A stretch of 64,000 nt of DNA from Fimicolochytrium jonesii (taxonomy: Eukaryota), in contig NW_026515668.1 of the NCBI RefSeq assembly GCF_025526975.1, positions 62,001 through 126,000 on the forward strand. Direction: 5' to 3'. Each line of letters starts with the position of its first letter. Positions within the stretch are counted from its first letter, which is position 1. A program made the position numbers and the translations under genes. Shown here piece by piece: positions 11,310 through 24,054 of the stretch. The notes beneath the pieces were generated by a model, which saw nothing but the letters and a program-made list of their open reading frames with translations, did no database searches and was not told the DNA's origin.

Positions 11310-14300
11310 TCACGACCCCGCACCTCCCATCTCAAACGCATAAACCTTCACAACCGCATCCGCACCCCCCGTAGCCATCTGATGCGTCTGCTCCGGGTGG
11401 AACTTGACCGCCCAGATCCCTTCGTCGTTCTTTTTGCGGTGCGATGTGTACTCTTGCACGCATTTGCGGGTCGAGAGGTCCCACCAGCGGAGGGAGCAGT
11501 CGTGGCCTGAGGGTAAGCGAAGGTGTGTGAGTGTGAGGGAGTGGGGTGGGGTTAGGGTGAGATGCAGGTAGGGGATTTGCGGGTTTTTTCACGTACCTCC
11601 GGTGGCGAGCACGAGCCCATCGGAGGAGATATCGGCTGTTGAGACTGAGTCTTGGTGGGCGATCATGGAATGTATGCATTGGCCTGTCGAAAAAGAGAGA
11701 AGTGTTTTGCGAGTTAGGCGTGGCTGAATGACGATCAATCAAGAACGACCGCAAGAAAGAGGAAGACGAACGCACCTGTATTCGTGTCAAAGATCCGGAC
11801 ATAGCGGTCCTCGTGACATGTGACGAGGAGAGGTAGCAGTGGGTGCGCGACGACCTTGTTGATTTGGGACCGTACGGTGCCGTCTAACGTGATAAAACAA
11901 AGCAAAAAATGAGAATAATACTCAATGGAGTGAGGCCATTTAACAGGCAGGAAAAACGTGCTCCAAGATTTCCAAGCACCTTCGTCCCGTTCGCCATCGC
12001 CCCAAAACCCAAAAACCTACCATAACTCTCATCACTCTTACACCTCAACACCTCCTGCCCCGTCTCCGGGTCAAAGATCTTCACCATACTATTCTGATAC
12101 GACACCGCCAGCCGATTCAGGTTGGTATATATCCAGTCGACAGAGGTCGGGTTCTGGCCCTCGGTCGTGCCCCCCGGCTCGTTGATTGCGCCGCCGTGGC
12201 TCGCGCCGTTGTACCATAGGGTCGTGCGGAGGCCCCATTCGTCGGGGGTGGTGTTCCAGAGTTTGAGGGCGCCGTCGCCGGAGACGGAGGCGAGCCAGGG
12301 GCTTTGCTGGGGGAGCGGGTGGAGTTTCAAGTCCCAGATTACGTCGGAATGGCCGACGTAGGTGTGAAGTTTGTATTGGTTGGCTTCGTCTGATGGGAAA
12401 TTTACGGAGGTATGGTGTGAGAGGCCTGCACATAGTGACTGCTGCACGACAATGGTGGAACTCACGGTAGCTGCCATATGGATCCCTAGACGGTGGTGGT
12501 ATCCGCCACGCTCTTATCGTCGCGTCCACACTCCCTGTAAAGCATGTAGACCCATCGGCCGACAGGGCCAGTGATGTTAATGGCTCCGTATGTCCACGCA
12601 ATGTATGCAGCGGCTCTATCTCGGCTGACGCTCTGAGAGAGAAAAAAAAAATGAGCCGGAATTGCACCAGCCCCTCTCGAATCCAGAAAATCATACCTCG
12701 ACCGCTCATCCAATCGACTCAGATTCCATATCTTTGCCGTCCCGTCCTCTGACGCGGTCACGAATGCGTTATCCTGAGTAGAGAACGCAACAGCTCGGAT
12801 CGAGTCGAGGTGGCTGTGCAAGAAAGGAGTCACGGCATGCATCAGTTACCCACGCGCCTCTGAATATCGCTGTTCATGCATTCCTCTGTACTCACTTTCT
12901 TAGCAGAACTTTGGGCCGCCATATCCGTTGATTCCCGAGTTGCTTTTTCCCACCTTTCTTCTGCGATGATCGTGAGTAAACTCGGCTGACATGGGAAGCA
13001 TCTCGAAGCACCTCCCACCTTCGACCCCTCGTTCGTGTCCTCGTCGTTCAGAGCTAATGACGCCAGGCCATCGTTCTCGAACCCTATCGCGTTGCCAACC
13101 ACAGATGGTATTTGGGTGGAACTTGCCACCTCTGGGATATCAGGGGATGTTAGCCCGTCACGAGGGCCTTCTGATCAATAAGCAGATTGCCGCGTTCCCT
13201 TACCGTTATTCTTCTTTTTATTGGCAGGTTTGCCCTCTATCCTGCTCATGACTTTATTCACTTTCTCAGGAGTGAGCTTCAGTTCATGCATCTCATCTGC
13301 CGTCTATTTCATCACCAAATAAAAGGATGTTAGGTCGTTGTGATCCATTCTGATCCCCTTCAATGCCTTCATTTCCCTACCAGTCGTCCGTCGTCCAGCA
13401 CCGTAGGCTTGCGCGACCCTTGCGGAAGTTTCCCATTTTCTCGTTTCTCATGTTTCGACTTTGGTCCAGCAGTCGGTTCCGCCCTTACGACCTCCTTCTG
13501 CGGCCTGCTTTCCGTGTGATTATCAGACTGCTTTGTGTCGCTGGTTCGGGAAGAGAGATCTATGGAAGGTTCGAGGGAGGGAGCGGCTTTTGGGGGCGAT
13601 CTCTTCTCTGCTGGCGGCTCCTGGTGCACGGAAAGATGATTCTCCTTCGTTGGTAACATCTTTGCCGTCGCTTTCCGCCCGATGGTGACGCTCCGTTGAG
13701 CTCCAGTCTCATTTGGAGCTCCAGCGGTCCCCTGCTCTCCTCCCCTTCCCGGGGGTCGTCCCATCAATGGTGAATCGATCGAGATGTCGTCTCCGACATC
13801 ATCTGATTTTGTTTCAGAGCCCGGTCCTCCTCCCGTGGTCATCAAGAACCCCATCTCCTTGAGGTAACTATTTAAGAGGAAAGTAATAGCGACCCGTCAG
13901 GGATTATCCAAACGACTGAAGATTGCACCTAATAGCCATCCATACTTTTTCAGGATTTCCTTGCTACGCGCATGCCCAAAGCCTTTCGTGTAGTTCAACG
14001 ATGTCCCTAGCCCGCCTCCCAGGTTCAGCGTTCCATAATTCGCGGACGCCGCCAGCACGTTTTCCGGCAATGCCGCTGGCGGTTCCGAGACGGTCGCGGT
14101 ACTGGCAGCAGCATTGTTCTGACTCGCAGCGGTAGCATCATCAGAGGCCGTGACGGATGATCGTTTCTCTTGTTGCAGTTTAGTAAACTTTGTTCTATAA
14201 ATGTTATACGTAGGTTCGCGAAAGTCATCTGGTCAGTTGTTGCTTGCTCTGAAGGACACGGAGAACAGCACGAATGACATCGACCATCATACCTTTCTTG

Positions 14301-14728
14301 CCGTAACGCATACTCTAGCATCTTTACTCTCCGCATCAGATCAGTTCGTAGGTTCTCTGTTCCCCTTCTCTCGCCTTCTAGAAACGCGATCTTGGCCTGT
14401 AATTCGGAAGTGAGGACACCGAGTGAGGATCTTCTCACATTCAAGACCTGTTCTTCCGTGCCTCGGAAGTGGGCTTCCCAGCGCATCGGATGCTTGCTTC
14501 CTCTGCCGAAAACGTGCATACCTTAAGATCAGACTTCTCAATTTCCCACTCATTTCGCTCTCGTTCGAACCGCCGCCATTCCATCTGGAGGTAGTGTAAT
14601 ACGCCAGGGAGGGAGTATGGAGGGTGACCCCCTTCTTGGCCCGCCGTATGCATGCCCTCAGAAGCCGCGGAGCCACCTGCCGGCGGACCGCCACCGCGGC
14701 CTCCTGCGTGGCCTTGTGGGCCTGACAT
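11310..14728 (-). CDS. STRN: Striatin (STRIPAK scaffold, Far8/PRO11-like), multi-exon
   Basis: N-terminal YSLPGVLHYLQMEWRRFERERNEWEIEK and AKIAFLEGER...DLMRRVKMLEYALRQER. C-terminal WD40 repeats include SHLDSIRAVAF, TASEDGTAKIWNL and GHDCSLRWWDL...MATGGADAVVKVY. Confidence 0.93.
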
Positions 14729-15241
14729 ACGGGGGGATGGTCAACAGAAGGGGAAATCTGGGATGACCGAGGGTGTTCCTGTGAATGTCGGTCTATCTGG
14801 CTCAAGTGTATGCGCGAGTACAGAGGGTTGGCAACGAGCGAGGGTGAATTCGGCGTAGACTTCAAACGTCCGAATGTCGGCCGGGGTGCTTGGGCGACCG
14901 TTCTATGTCACGGTGATCTTGGGGGGGGGGGGCAGTCAGTCCGTTGGGGAGGTGTGTATGTATTCGTCCGGCGCAAGGGCCCGTCACCCTCCGACAGCTT
15001 CCACTTCACATCACAAAGGCATCCTGAATCCCAGGCTGTTTGAGGCGGATGCAAAAGCGCGATGCCCAGATTAGCGCGACATTAGAATCGCCTCCGGAGC
15101 GTGCTGGCTTTTTGATTAGGCGGGCGCCCACCGCTTTTGACCGGTGGTTTGCGCTGGCTTCCTGAGAGGAAGGACGGACGGACTCGGAGGAAACAGCACA
15201 ACATCAACCGGCAACGCACTGCATACGTCCCAACACTCGAT

Positions 15242-16360
15242 ATGACAACCTTACGGCGGTTCGTCGCAGACGACCTGTTCTCCTTCAACAACGTGTACGT
15301 ATCCCTTTTTGGCCATCAACTCGGGGGCTGATTTATGCGCACTAGTATCCGGAAAATAGTGTCCGCGTCAAACCGGCCAAGATGTCTCAGGCTGAAGGGA
15401 GAGGGGACGGGCACGATATGGTCTGCGAAGCAGGGCGGGGAAAGGGAAATAGGGCGAAACCCTTTGCTTTGTATGCGGCACTCGCCGGGACGGTGATGGG
15501 CTGGCTGTCAGAGTTCCCATAACTGAAATTAGTGCATTTTCCCACGCTACAGAAACCTTGATCCTCTGACGGAAACTGTGAGTTCGGTGGACTGTCTTCT
15601 TTGATGCATGCCAACCAGGTGCATCGCATTCCAAGAACAACTCGTTGACCCTTAGTTTCGCAACAGTACAACATCTCGTTCTATCTGCAATATCTCGCAC
15701 AATGGCCAGACTATTTTGTCGCTGCCGAGGCTCCTAGCGGGTCCTGCATGGGATACGGTACGGTTAGAATGCGCATCTATCTCTTGCTCATAATGTAGAA
15801 TCTCAATTAATTGTACCTTTGTTATTCCCGCCAGTAATGGGCAAAGCAGAAGGTCGTGGGAAACTATGGCATGGACACGTCACAGCCCTCACAGTAGCGC
15901 CCGAGTTCCGACGGCTAGGGCTCGCGCAGGAGCTCATGGGGATACTTGAAACCGTTTCCGACAAAATGTTTGTTTTCCACATCTTCGCATCCTCTTCCCG
16001 CCCCGCCCCATGCCCCTAACTACCCCATTCCCTTAGTTACAACGCCTTCTTCGTCGACCTCTTTGTCCGCGTCTCCAACAAAGTCGCAATAGGGATGTAC
16101 GAAAAGTTCGGATACTCCGTCTATCGCCGCGTGCTGGAGTACTACACCGGCGGTGGAGAACCTGATGATTCTACTGAAGATGCGTTTGGTACGATCACAG
16201 TCCCGCTTAGCCCTCCGTTCGTGGCAAGAGGGTACATTTGATTGACTAATGGGCGTTTCGCGTATTGACAGATATGAGGAAAGCACTACCGCGAGACGTG
16301 AGAAAGGAAAGCATCGTCCCGCTGCCGCATCCGGTCCGGCCTGAAGATCTCGAGTGGTGA
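15242..16360 (+). CDS. NAT3: NatB N-terminal acetyltransferase catalytic subunit (NAT3/NAA20), multi-exon
   Basis: MTTLRRFVADDLFSFNNV / NLDPLTET / YLAQWPDYF / MGKAEG...WHGHVTALTVAPEFRRLGLA / FVDLFVRVSNKVAIGMY / MRKALPRD. Confidence 0.95.
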
Positions 16361-16938
16361 TCAGGACTAGATACCACCAAGACTGTCAAATTCCGGCCAT
16401 TGTGTCGTGTCGCCTACCCCGCGTCTCTCACGGCAAGCAACGCGGGCGAGAGATGGACCAGAAATCTGACGCAGATAAGGGAGGTTTCACGGACCCTCCC
16501 GTCTCCGTTCCCACACTCAATGCCAACGACCGCAGACATGTGCGCTGAGATGGCGAATCCGATGAGACGTCGGAGCCTTACACGCGACAAGTCGACTATG
16601 GCAGGCAGAGGGGTGACAATCCGTCATGGGGGCTCCTTCGGCGTAGCATGTAGCGGATCTATAGTTAGCAGTCTGATCAACAACGAGCTGCGGGTTTCCC
16701 GTCGACTTGAGATCAGAGATTAGAGGACGGTCTCAAGTGGGCGTAATCCGGTGTACTGTATTTAGCACCTCCAAACTGGGCCATTACGAAGCAACCCAAT
16801 CCGCCCAAGATATCGATGATAAAACAGCCAGCCCACCAAAAATATCACTGGGCGTTGATCCCAACAATCCTATATATTTCGGTCCTAAACCCATACACGC
16901 TACACCCCTGCTTTCCCACTTGTGCGCATCCCTCCCAC

Positions 16939-18240
16939 TCACCTCCGTCCACTCCCGCCACTTGGCCCCGCAGCAACCGCCGCGGCCCTGATCTCCCGCA
17001 CAGCATCTTCAAACCCGGCGCGGTACGCGGGGGTATCCGGCGGCACGATGCGGGCGAGCATCGCGGCGGCGCTTTTGACGGGGAAGCGCGGGGCGCGGCG
17101 AGGTGGTACCGCTTTCTGCTCTTGCGGTTGTTGTTGTATTGACGACGCGAGAGTAGGTTGCGGGGCGGAGGACGGTGGTGCTGAAGGTGTCTTTTGTGGC
17201 TCGGCGGCTGGTTGTGATTTTGGTTTTGGGACGGCGGCTGGCGGCGCCTGGATATCCTCCCCGCGGATCGGATCGAAGGTGTTATTGTGCAGGTAGAGCT
17301 TTGTTGCGCGTTTGGCGAGCAGGCGCTGCACGTTGCAGGAGTGTGGGATGGGTTTCGTTAGTCCAGAGTTCCTTTGGCTATGAGTTCGTAACGTACATAC
17401 CATATCCTCCTGATCCTTCGCCGCGAGATCTTTCCCGGCCGGCGTTGGCGCGTACCGAGTCGTTACGGGGTCGTATCCACCTCTGCGGGAAAGGAACCAA
17501 CGTTAGACATGGAAAGAGTGGGATCATAGCTTAGTTCCAGAACGGAGTGCCGCACACCTACCTACCCATTAAGTCCCGACCGCCATGACGCACGCCTAGT
17601 GTCCAACACCCGCTCGGCGTGGTCCTGTTGGTCCGCCATGCGGTCCCAGCGCGAAGCATCGATGTTCGTTAGCCAGTTCCTGCCGTACCGAAAAGTATCA
17701 GAAAGCGCTTGGTAAGAGTCTGGGATTCACCGTCTCTCCGCTCTTCCACCAAGCCGTTCGTTTACTGACCTCCGAAGCTGAATGCGCTCCGTCCTCCTAT
17801 CCCGATCCGCCTGTCTTCTTTCGCGCTCCGCATTGGCTACGTCTGTGCGATACCGCTGTACATCTGCCCAAAGTGGCGATCAAACCAAGAAAAATAAATC
17901 AGCTACGGCTCGCATAACTCTCTACTTTCTCCCCCGCCAGTTCCAAAGCGGTTATGCAAAACATGCGTGCGTGTCATGTACCGTCCCTCTCAAGGCCACA
18001 CCTACCATCTTGCACACTCCCAAACGCAAAAACCAAATCACTCGCATTCCTTGTATTCGTCCCGATCCTTGCATATCTCCCCGTGCCGCTGACCGCCGGG
18101 ACACTCGGGTTGTAATGTGACCCCTCCGCATAATGCGACAGCATTCGTCTCTGTGTCCGGCCGGAATCCCATGCTATAGGACCCGTGATGTCGTTGTGAA
18201 GGGTCGCGACTCCAATGGGCTCTCCTGCCGTGCTGGTCAT
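16939..18240 (-). CDS. Hypothetical multi-exon protein (charged helical middle, Pro/Ala-rich C-terminus)
   Basis: Coding-like minus-strand segments separated by GT-AG introns (MTSTAGEPIG..., DVANAERERRQADRDRR, WDRMADQQDHAERVLD, LLAKRATKLYLHNNTFDPIRGEDI). No family recognised and exon structure is approximate. Confidence 0.55.
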
Positions 18241-19472
18241 CCTTGGGGAGTCGGTGATGTTAGATACTGGCTAACGCGGCTATCTCCTAAGAGATGCGGG
18301 TTCCCGTGAGAAAGGCGGAGACGAACGACTGACAGTGTGAGGAATGACAGCGGCTTATGTCACGCGTTTTCCTCCCAAGTTTTGGCTTTGCGAACAGACC
18401 GGAAGTTCGTCCATTCGGCCCTGACACGCTTGGCTCCATGAAGATCGATCGCTAGACTTCTTCTTCGTCTATGAGGGCTGTCCGTGCACGAGCTCAAGCT
18501 TCAGGAGGCCATCTTATGTACTGGTGCACAAATGGTTGGTAGAGTAACAGCAAGTTCGCATTGCCGGGTTGTGAATGGCCCTTCAAACCGGATATGTCTG
18601 ACTTCATCGCGCCTGTTTTGTTTCGTGGATCAGGAGCAAAACTATTGGATTGGAGGAGGTAGAGTGGGACGCGGCGGCACAGCACTGCTCAAACCATCGC
18701 ATTACTGTCGGTACGCATAGTTCGAGAGGGCAGATGGAGAGCCTGAGAATCGAAGCATACTTACGATACAAACTTGCCGGCGAAGATGTCTGCTTTCCGT
18801 GCAACGTTTTTCTTGTCCGCTTTTCCTTGTAAGAAATATTGAGTATGGAACAAAGCGCCGTTGAAAACATGTCATCTTCAACCGGCTGTTCGGCGTTCAG
18901 GTGTGGCCACCGTGTTCCGAGGTCTCGGATGCAAAATCACTGACAGGTTCGCCCGTCACTTTTTCATTTTACCGCAGCGGCCAAGATTGGACCTTCCTGT
19001 TCTTCTTCTGCTATGACGTGGGGCATGCAGCAATCCGCCATCGGGGTTCTCTATCTGTGTCGTCAGAGAGGCACCTCAGCGTGTCCCCTTTTTGTCACAT
19101 GCCGTCAGTCGAAAGTCCAGAGTTTTTGTCCCTGTTCGTCCAATTTGCAAGGCACCCCCCCGACTTTGCTCAAGGGAACAGACTCTTGGGTTGCGTTTTT
19201 TCTCAGAGTTTGTTTTTCAAAGGGTTTGCGTTCCAGCGGTTCACGAGAAGCAGCAACGTCGGCACACACTAAAGGAAAGTGTTGACACCCTGACCCCCCA
19301 ATTGGAAGCTGTTTTGAGTAAAACTGAAGGTGAGCGTGCTCACGCCTACTACTATGCATTCAGCCTCCCAATCGGGGTCACCTTTCCAAATCCCAGTTAG
19401 CGGTGTCGGCGCTATCGATTTTCTTGACTCACTGAAACTCAAGCTCCAGATCTACCCGCCTTGACCGTAACC

Positions 19473-21143
19473 ATGCCTCGGAAGTCTCAGAAGATTTCCT
19501 GCCCTCCTGCCCCCAAGGCAGTACCGCCAAATGTTAGGCCGCAGGTTCAGGGGTGGCTTAACGCCGTTGACAAATACGCATCCGAAGTCTCCGACGGCAA
19601 ATTCACATCCATGGCCCTGCCAAGCATGACTCTCGATGAGCTGAACGGCTTTCTGCAAGGCTTCTTTCGTCAGCTCAAAAGGAAAGATGGCTACCTGTAC
19701 CCTCCCACATCCATAGCCACCTGTTTCAGGTCGTTGAACCACTATATCAGGAGCACGCGACAGGATGGGCTGGACTTGAGTAAAGATGAGCGATTTGCAG
19801 TATTGCGGGAGCTTGTTGAGACAAGGAAGCTACAAGGAGCAACACTCGCGGGGAGTGAGACGTGGGGAGCGCACGGAACTCGATCCGTCAAGAAGGCTGC
19901 AACCAGGCAAACCGCCAAGAAGACTCCAACCCTTCAACCACCAGAACAGAATGCTGGGAAAAGGAAGGAGCGGCCAAGTCCATCTTCCTCAGAGATCAGC
20001 GATGTCGAGGATTCTTCTGAGAGCCAGGAAATCGAGATCACGGACAAGGCGGCCGAGCGAACGGAACCCGCCAGCGACAATGCAGTCAAACAGATGGCTA
20101 TGGAAACAGAGGCACCCAACGTCCGCCTCCACGAGCGGGAAGATACACCCGCCACGGCACACATGATCTCGGAGAGCTCCGTGAACATCTTTTCCGACGC
20201 GACCAGCGACGAAGATGAGGAGGACGCAGTTAGCGACACTGATAGGGCCAGCCAGCGAACGTTCGATGACTCCGACTCATACTCAGACCTCAATGTGAAC
20301 GATCTGAACACAGAGCCCGCCGCGCCCGTGCTTCCGTCCGATCGCACGCTTCCTCCCTGTGAGGAGATGGATGTTGCTCTGCAAAAGATTTTGAGCCAGC
20401 GGAAACAAGGAGTCGGCACTAAAGCGACTACGCAAGACCGCAATTTGCAGGCGCTGGAAACACAAGGTTTTAAGACGGTCAGACGACTCGCAAGAAACAC
20501 GATGATGTTTGGCTGTGACGATCGGCGACTTCGGTCTCCGACTGGTGCTGGCGAAACAGTGAAACTCACGAGCAGTGTGCGGACCAGGGGTGAAAACGGC
20601 GCGAGCGGACACCGGCCATTGGATCAAGGCGGAATTCAGAAATCGTCGGAACTCGTGAATCAAGAAAGCCGATCGAGCAATGGCAGCGGCAATCTCATGA
20701 CAGCAATCCCCGGAATGAGCACGCAATCAGTGCTCCCCGACACCAACCACGGAAACGGGAAGCCCCCCCAGGAAGTTCAACCCCCGGACGTGGTGGGCCC
20801 CATCCGGCGACACACCCTTCCGCGCACCCAACTCGCAACCCATAATCCATTCCTGACCTTCCCCAATATCGGGAACATGCTCCCGAACGCCGCGCCCATC
20901 GGCATGCTCCGCCCCTACGCCTACTCTCCGAGCACCACCGCGGATCAGCGGATGTACTCGCCGCCAATAAATTCGCCGCCGATTTACTCGCCGCCGCCGC
21001 CGCCGCCGCCTACGGCGCCCGTATGGGACTTCCATATGACGGCCGCGGCGTTGCGGGAGGGCGGCGTGTTTGAGGGGTTGGCGGGGTTGCTGATGTCGGC
21101 GTCTCGGGAGGGTGGAAGGATTGCGGTGCATTTTGATTCGTAA
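19473..21143 (+). CDS. Intronless protein with an N-terminal Crypton/DUF3504-associated (ZMYM/QRICH1/KCTD1-like) domain and a disordered remainder
   Basis: TLDELNGFLQGFFRQLKRKDGYLYPPTSIATCFRSLNHYIR...DLSKDERF resembles the ELNxxLxxFxxxxRKxDGxxYPPxSL motif of Crypton-derived proteins. Confidence 0.7.
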   Translation: MPRKSQKISCPPAPKAVPPNVRPQVQGWLNAVDKYASEVSDGKFTSMALPSMTLDELNGFLQGFFRQLKRKDGYLYPPTSIATCFRSLNHYIRSTRQDGLDLSKDERFAVLRELVETRKLQGATLAGSETWGAHGTRSVKKAATRQTAKKTPTLQPPEQNAGKRKERPSPSSSEISDVEDSSESQEIEITDKAAERTEPASDNAVKQMAMETEAPNVRLHEREDTPATAHMISESSVNIFSDATSDEDEEDAVSDTDRASQRTFDDSDSYSDLNVNDLNTEPAAPVLPSDRTLPPCEEMDVALQKILSQRKQGVGTKATTQDRNLQALETQGFKTVRRLARNTMMFGCDDRRLRSPTGAGETVKLTSSVRTRGENGASGHRPLDQGGIQKSSELVNQESRSSNGSGNLMTAIPGMSTQSVLPDTNHGNGKPPQEVQPPDVVGPIRRHTLPRTQLATHNPFLTFPNIGNMLPNAAPIGMLRPYAYSPSTTADQRMYSPPINSPPIYSPPPPPPPTAPVWDFHMTAAALREGGVFEGLAGLLMSASREGGRIAVHFDS

Positions 21144-22068
21144 GCGTGCGCAAGGAACATTCGGCGGATGGGTGTTCGAAACGAAATGGGGGATGAACTT
21201 CTGGGAATCCCAAGCCTTCTCACACAACGGCATGAGAAGCTCCTGGGTTTCGAGCAGTGAACACTTTGGTATCACATCTGGATACGGTGGCACTTCATCC
21301 CTGACATCCCTGCATTAACGAAACATCTCATCATCCAGCGAGCCGCGAATCCAGACGAGATGCCAACATCATCTTCATTACGTTACGGAACAATGTCTCG
21401 GAGGAGTGCTCTGGAAAGACAAGTCATACTCAATGAACAATCGGCATGACAGCTGGATATCCCACGGTGCCGCCTCGTCGCCGCACATCCCTGCTCCCAA
21501 GCTACTCATTCCACACCGCAACAAGAGCGTCCGGCGATCAACTATCTTCTTCAACACATTACCCGAACAGTTTTGTCGAAGGTGTAATGTGGGAAAAGTA
21601 CATGATGATCGTCTCGAAGGAATGAGAATGGAAAGCAGATCCCGACGGACATGGAAGGATTGAACGCTAGCTTTTGATACAGAAAAACCGTGTGAAAGCA
21701 CCATATACACTAGAAGCGGCGTGCGGCACGAGCATTGTAAAGATTCATTTATATGCGCCTCTTACTAATGTATCTTCCATCACGTTCAACCTTTGCATGG
21801 AAAAGGGAGTTCTTTTGAACTTGTCCTTAAATGATTCGAATATATTTTAGCCATAAAAGTCCCAACGTCCGTTCTACGAGCGTAAAACATAGGTTGTAAG
21901 ATAGGTAAAAGCCCCAAAAATGGTGTCCGTTCCCACTTGCTCACGGAGGCGCACAGCAGATGCACGCTGACTCAACTCAAACTCTTCATAATAGATACTC
22001 CAAAAAGGTACCCTCAGACCACCAAATAACAAGATGGCGAAACCTCAACGCTCCCAAACATAACCCAC

Positions 22069-23670
22069 TCACCCCCTCCGCCTCCTTACTCCCTCCCCGT
22101 CCCCTAACCTCTCCCCCGGCTCATTCCCCACACACGCCTCCGCACCCGGGGGGAGGAAGCATTCCGCCGTCGGTTTCGCCTCGCCCCCATCATACAAGTC
22201 TTCTGTGTCGTCATGGGATGAACGGAGTGTGGAGGGTTGATAGAATAGGATGGGGATGTCGATTTGTGTTGTATGTGAAGAAGAGTTGGGGGGGCGGTGG
22301 GTGAGGGTGAGGTGGGCGTAGTGGCGGATTGTTATTACCTCTGTCTGTGGGATGGGGATGGTGAGCATGTCCCTGGAAGTTGCCAAGACGTGTAAAACGG
22401 AAACCAAAACCCCCACCTCGATGTTCTCGACGGCCACCACGTCACGATCCAGATCATCGCCCAGAAACGGGACCTTCAGCGTATGACGTTCTTGTTCGGT
22501 ATCCCCGCCAGATGGGGTATACGTGAACAGCTCATGCAGGACCTCAATCTCCTCAAGCTGTTTGGGTTCCGAGGCGCCCCATGGTGGGCGGAGATGGCCT
22601 CTTACTGCCAGGTTATACCTACAAAGAGTTGCGAGTAAGCCCCCAGTCTCAACCCGTCGATCGTTCATTGCAGAAAGGAGAGATAAACGGCACGTACGTA
22701 CAAGAACTCAAACCGCGACTCCTGCCTCAACGACCACGTAAACCGCTCCACCGCCACCTCCGCCGCACACTCGATCGTCACCGGTACACGTTCCGCGGAG
22801 ATCGGGATCCGGGTCGGGATGACCACTTTGACGTCCGCCGTGGGCATCCACACCGTCTGTCCCTCTCCATCCCCATCCCCATCCCCTTCCAGAAACTCCA
22901 AGCCCCCAACCCGCCCCATCTCCACCCTCCCCGGCCCCCTCCGCACCTGCACCTCCCGTTTGGTCACAACATCCTCCCACGTCCAAAACGGGACGCGCAC
23001 CCCACACACCGTCGCACTCCGCCACTCGATGGCCGCGAGCACAACGTACTGGATCAACGCGCGTGGGGTTGATGTCGACGGCGGCATGTGGGAAGGGATC
23101 TGGAGGCCGAAGTGGAAGGTGTGGTTGCGGGGTGTGAGGGTTGGTGAGGCATCGGAGTGGGAATAGAGGGTGATGGTGCGGTCGATGAGCTTCTGCGGGC
23201 CGCGGAGGTTGACGTTGAACTGCGCGGGGGGTTTGTCCGTAGATCACTGGGTTAAAACGCGAAACGTTCTCATTCCCATTTCCCATTCCCCTCCACTACG
23301 TACGCAACCCCCCACCACCCACCTCGACTTCATCCAGCTTCGCCACCGCGCCCGCAACGAACCTCAGTTTTATCGCCGCGACCATGCTCAACGCGGTCTT
23401 CAGGTGCAAGCGTACATATCCATCCAGCTGCGCGCCTGCTTTGGCGTGGCGATGGGGATGCGCGTTGAGGACGATTTCCGGGTTACGGAGCTGGATGTCG
23501 AAGAGTGTGATGCTCGAGGGAGCTGCTTGGGAGGTTATCCAGGAGGTATAGGGGACTGTGGAAGGCATTGCGGAGATCGTTTTGTGCCGGCGCCATGGGA
23601 GATCGAGAGGACGGAGTTTGTGAAAACCGCTTCGGTCACGCGTTCTTCGGCCATGTCCGATGCAGCACAT
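22069..23670 (-). CDS. Arrestin-like (alpha-arrestin fold) protein, multi-exon
   Basis: LDGYVRLHLKTAL...IKLRFVA, FHFGLQIPSHMPPSTSTPRALIQYVVLA and beta-rich C-terminal exons are consistent with arrestin N and C domains. Boundaries are approximate. Confidence 0.55.
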
Positions 23671-24054
23671 GGAAACCCCCCAACACACACCCCTAACCAT
23701 CATAAGCACAATGTTGAAATGTACAGCCTACGTACAACCACCATTTACGCAAATCTCAATCCAACTCGCGACCATGGGAGTGAAGGGAGAGGAGGGGGGG
23801 GGGGGGGGGGGGGGGGTGATATGACTCAGATATGTTGTGTTTGGTGCGAAGTATTTGCAGCAGGGGTATGCGATGTGTACGGAAATAAGGGGCGAGGAAT
23901 AAGGGGTGAGACTGTTAATCTCTGGAGCAGAAGAAGATCAGATACCAACTGTCCCTCCTCTCCCATCTTCTCCGCTGTATGTTCGATTATATGTGTTTGT
24001 GTGGTTGCCGGGTCGGGAGGCGCTGGTTCATGCACGCGGAATGAGTCCATTCGT

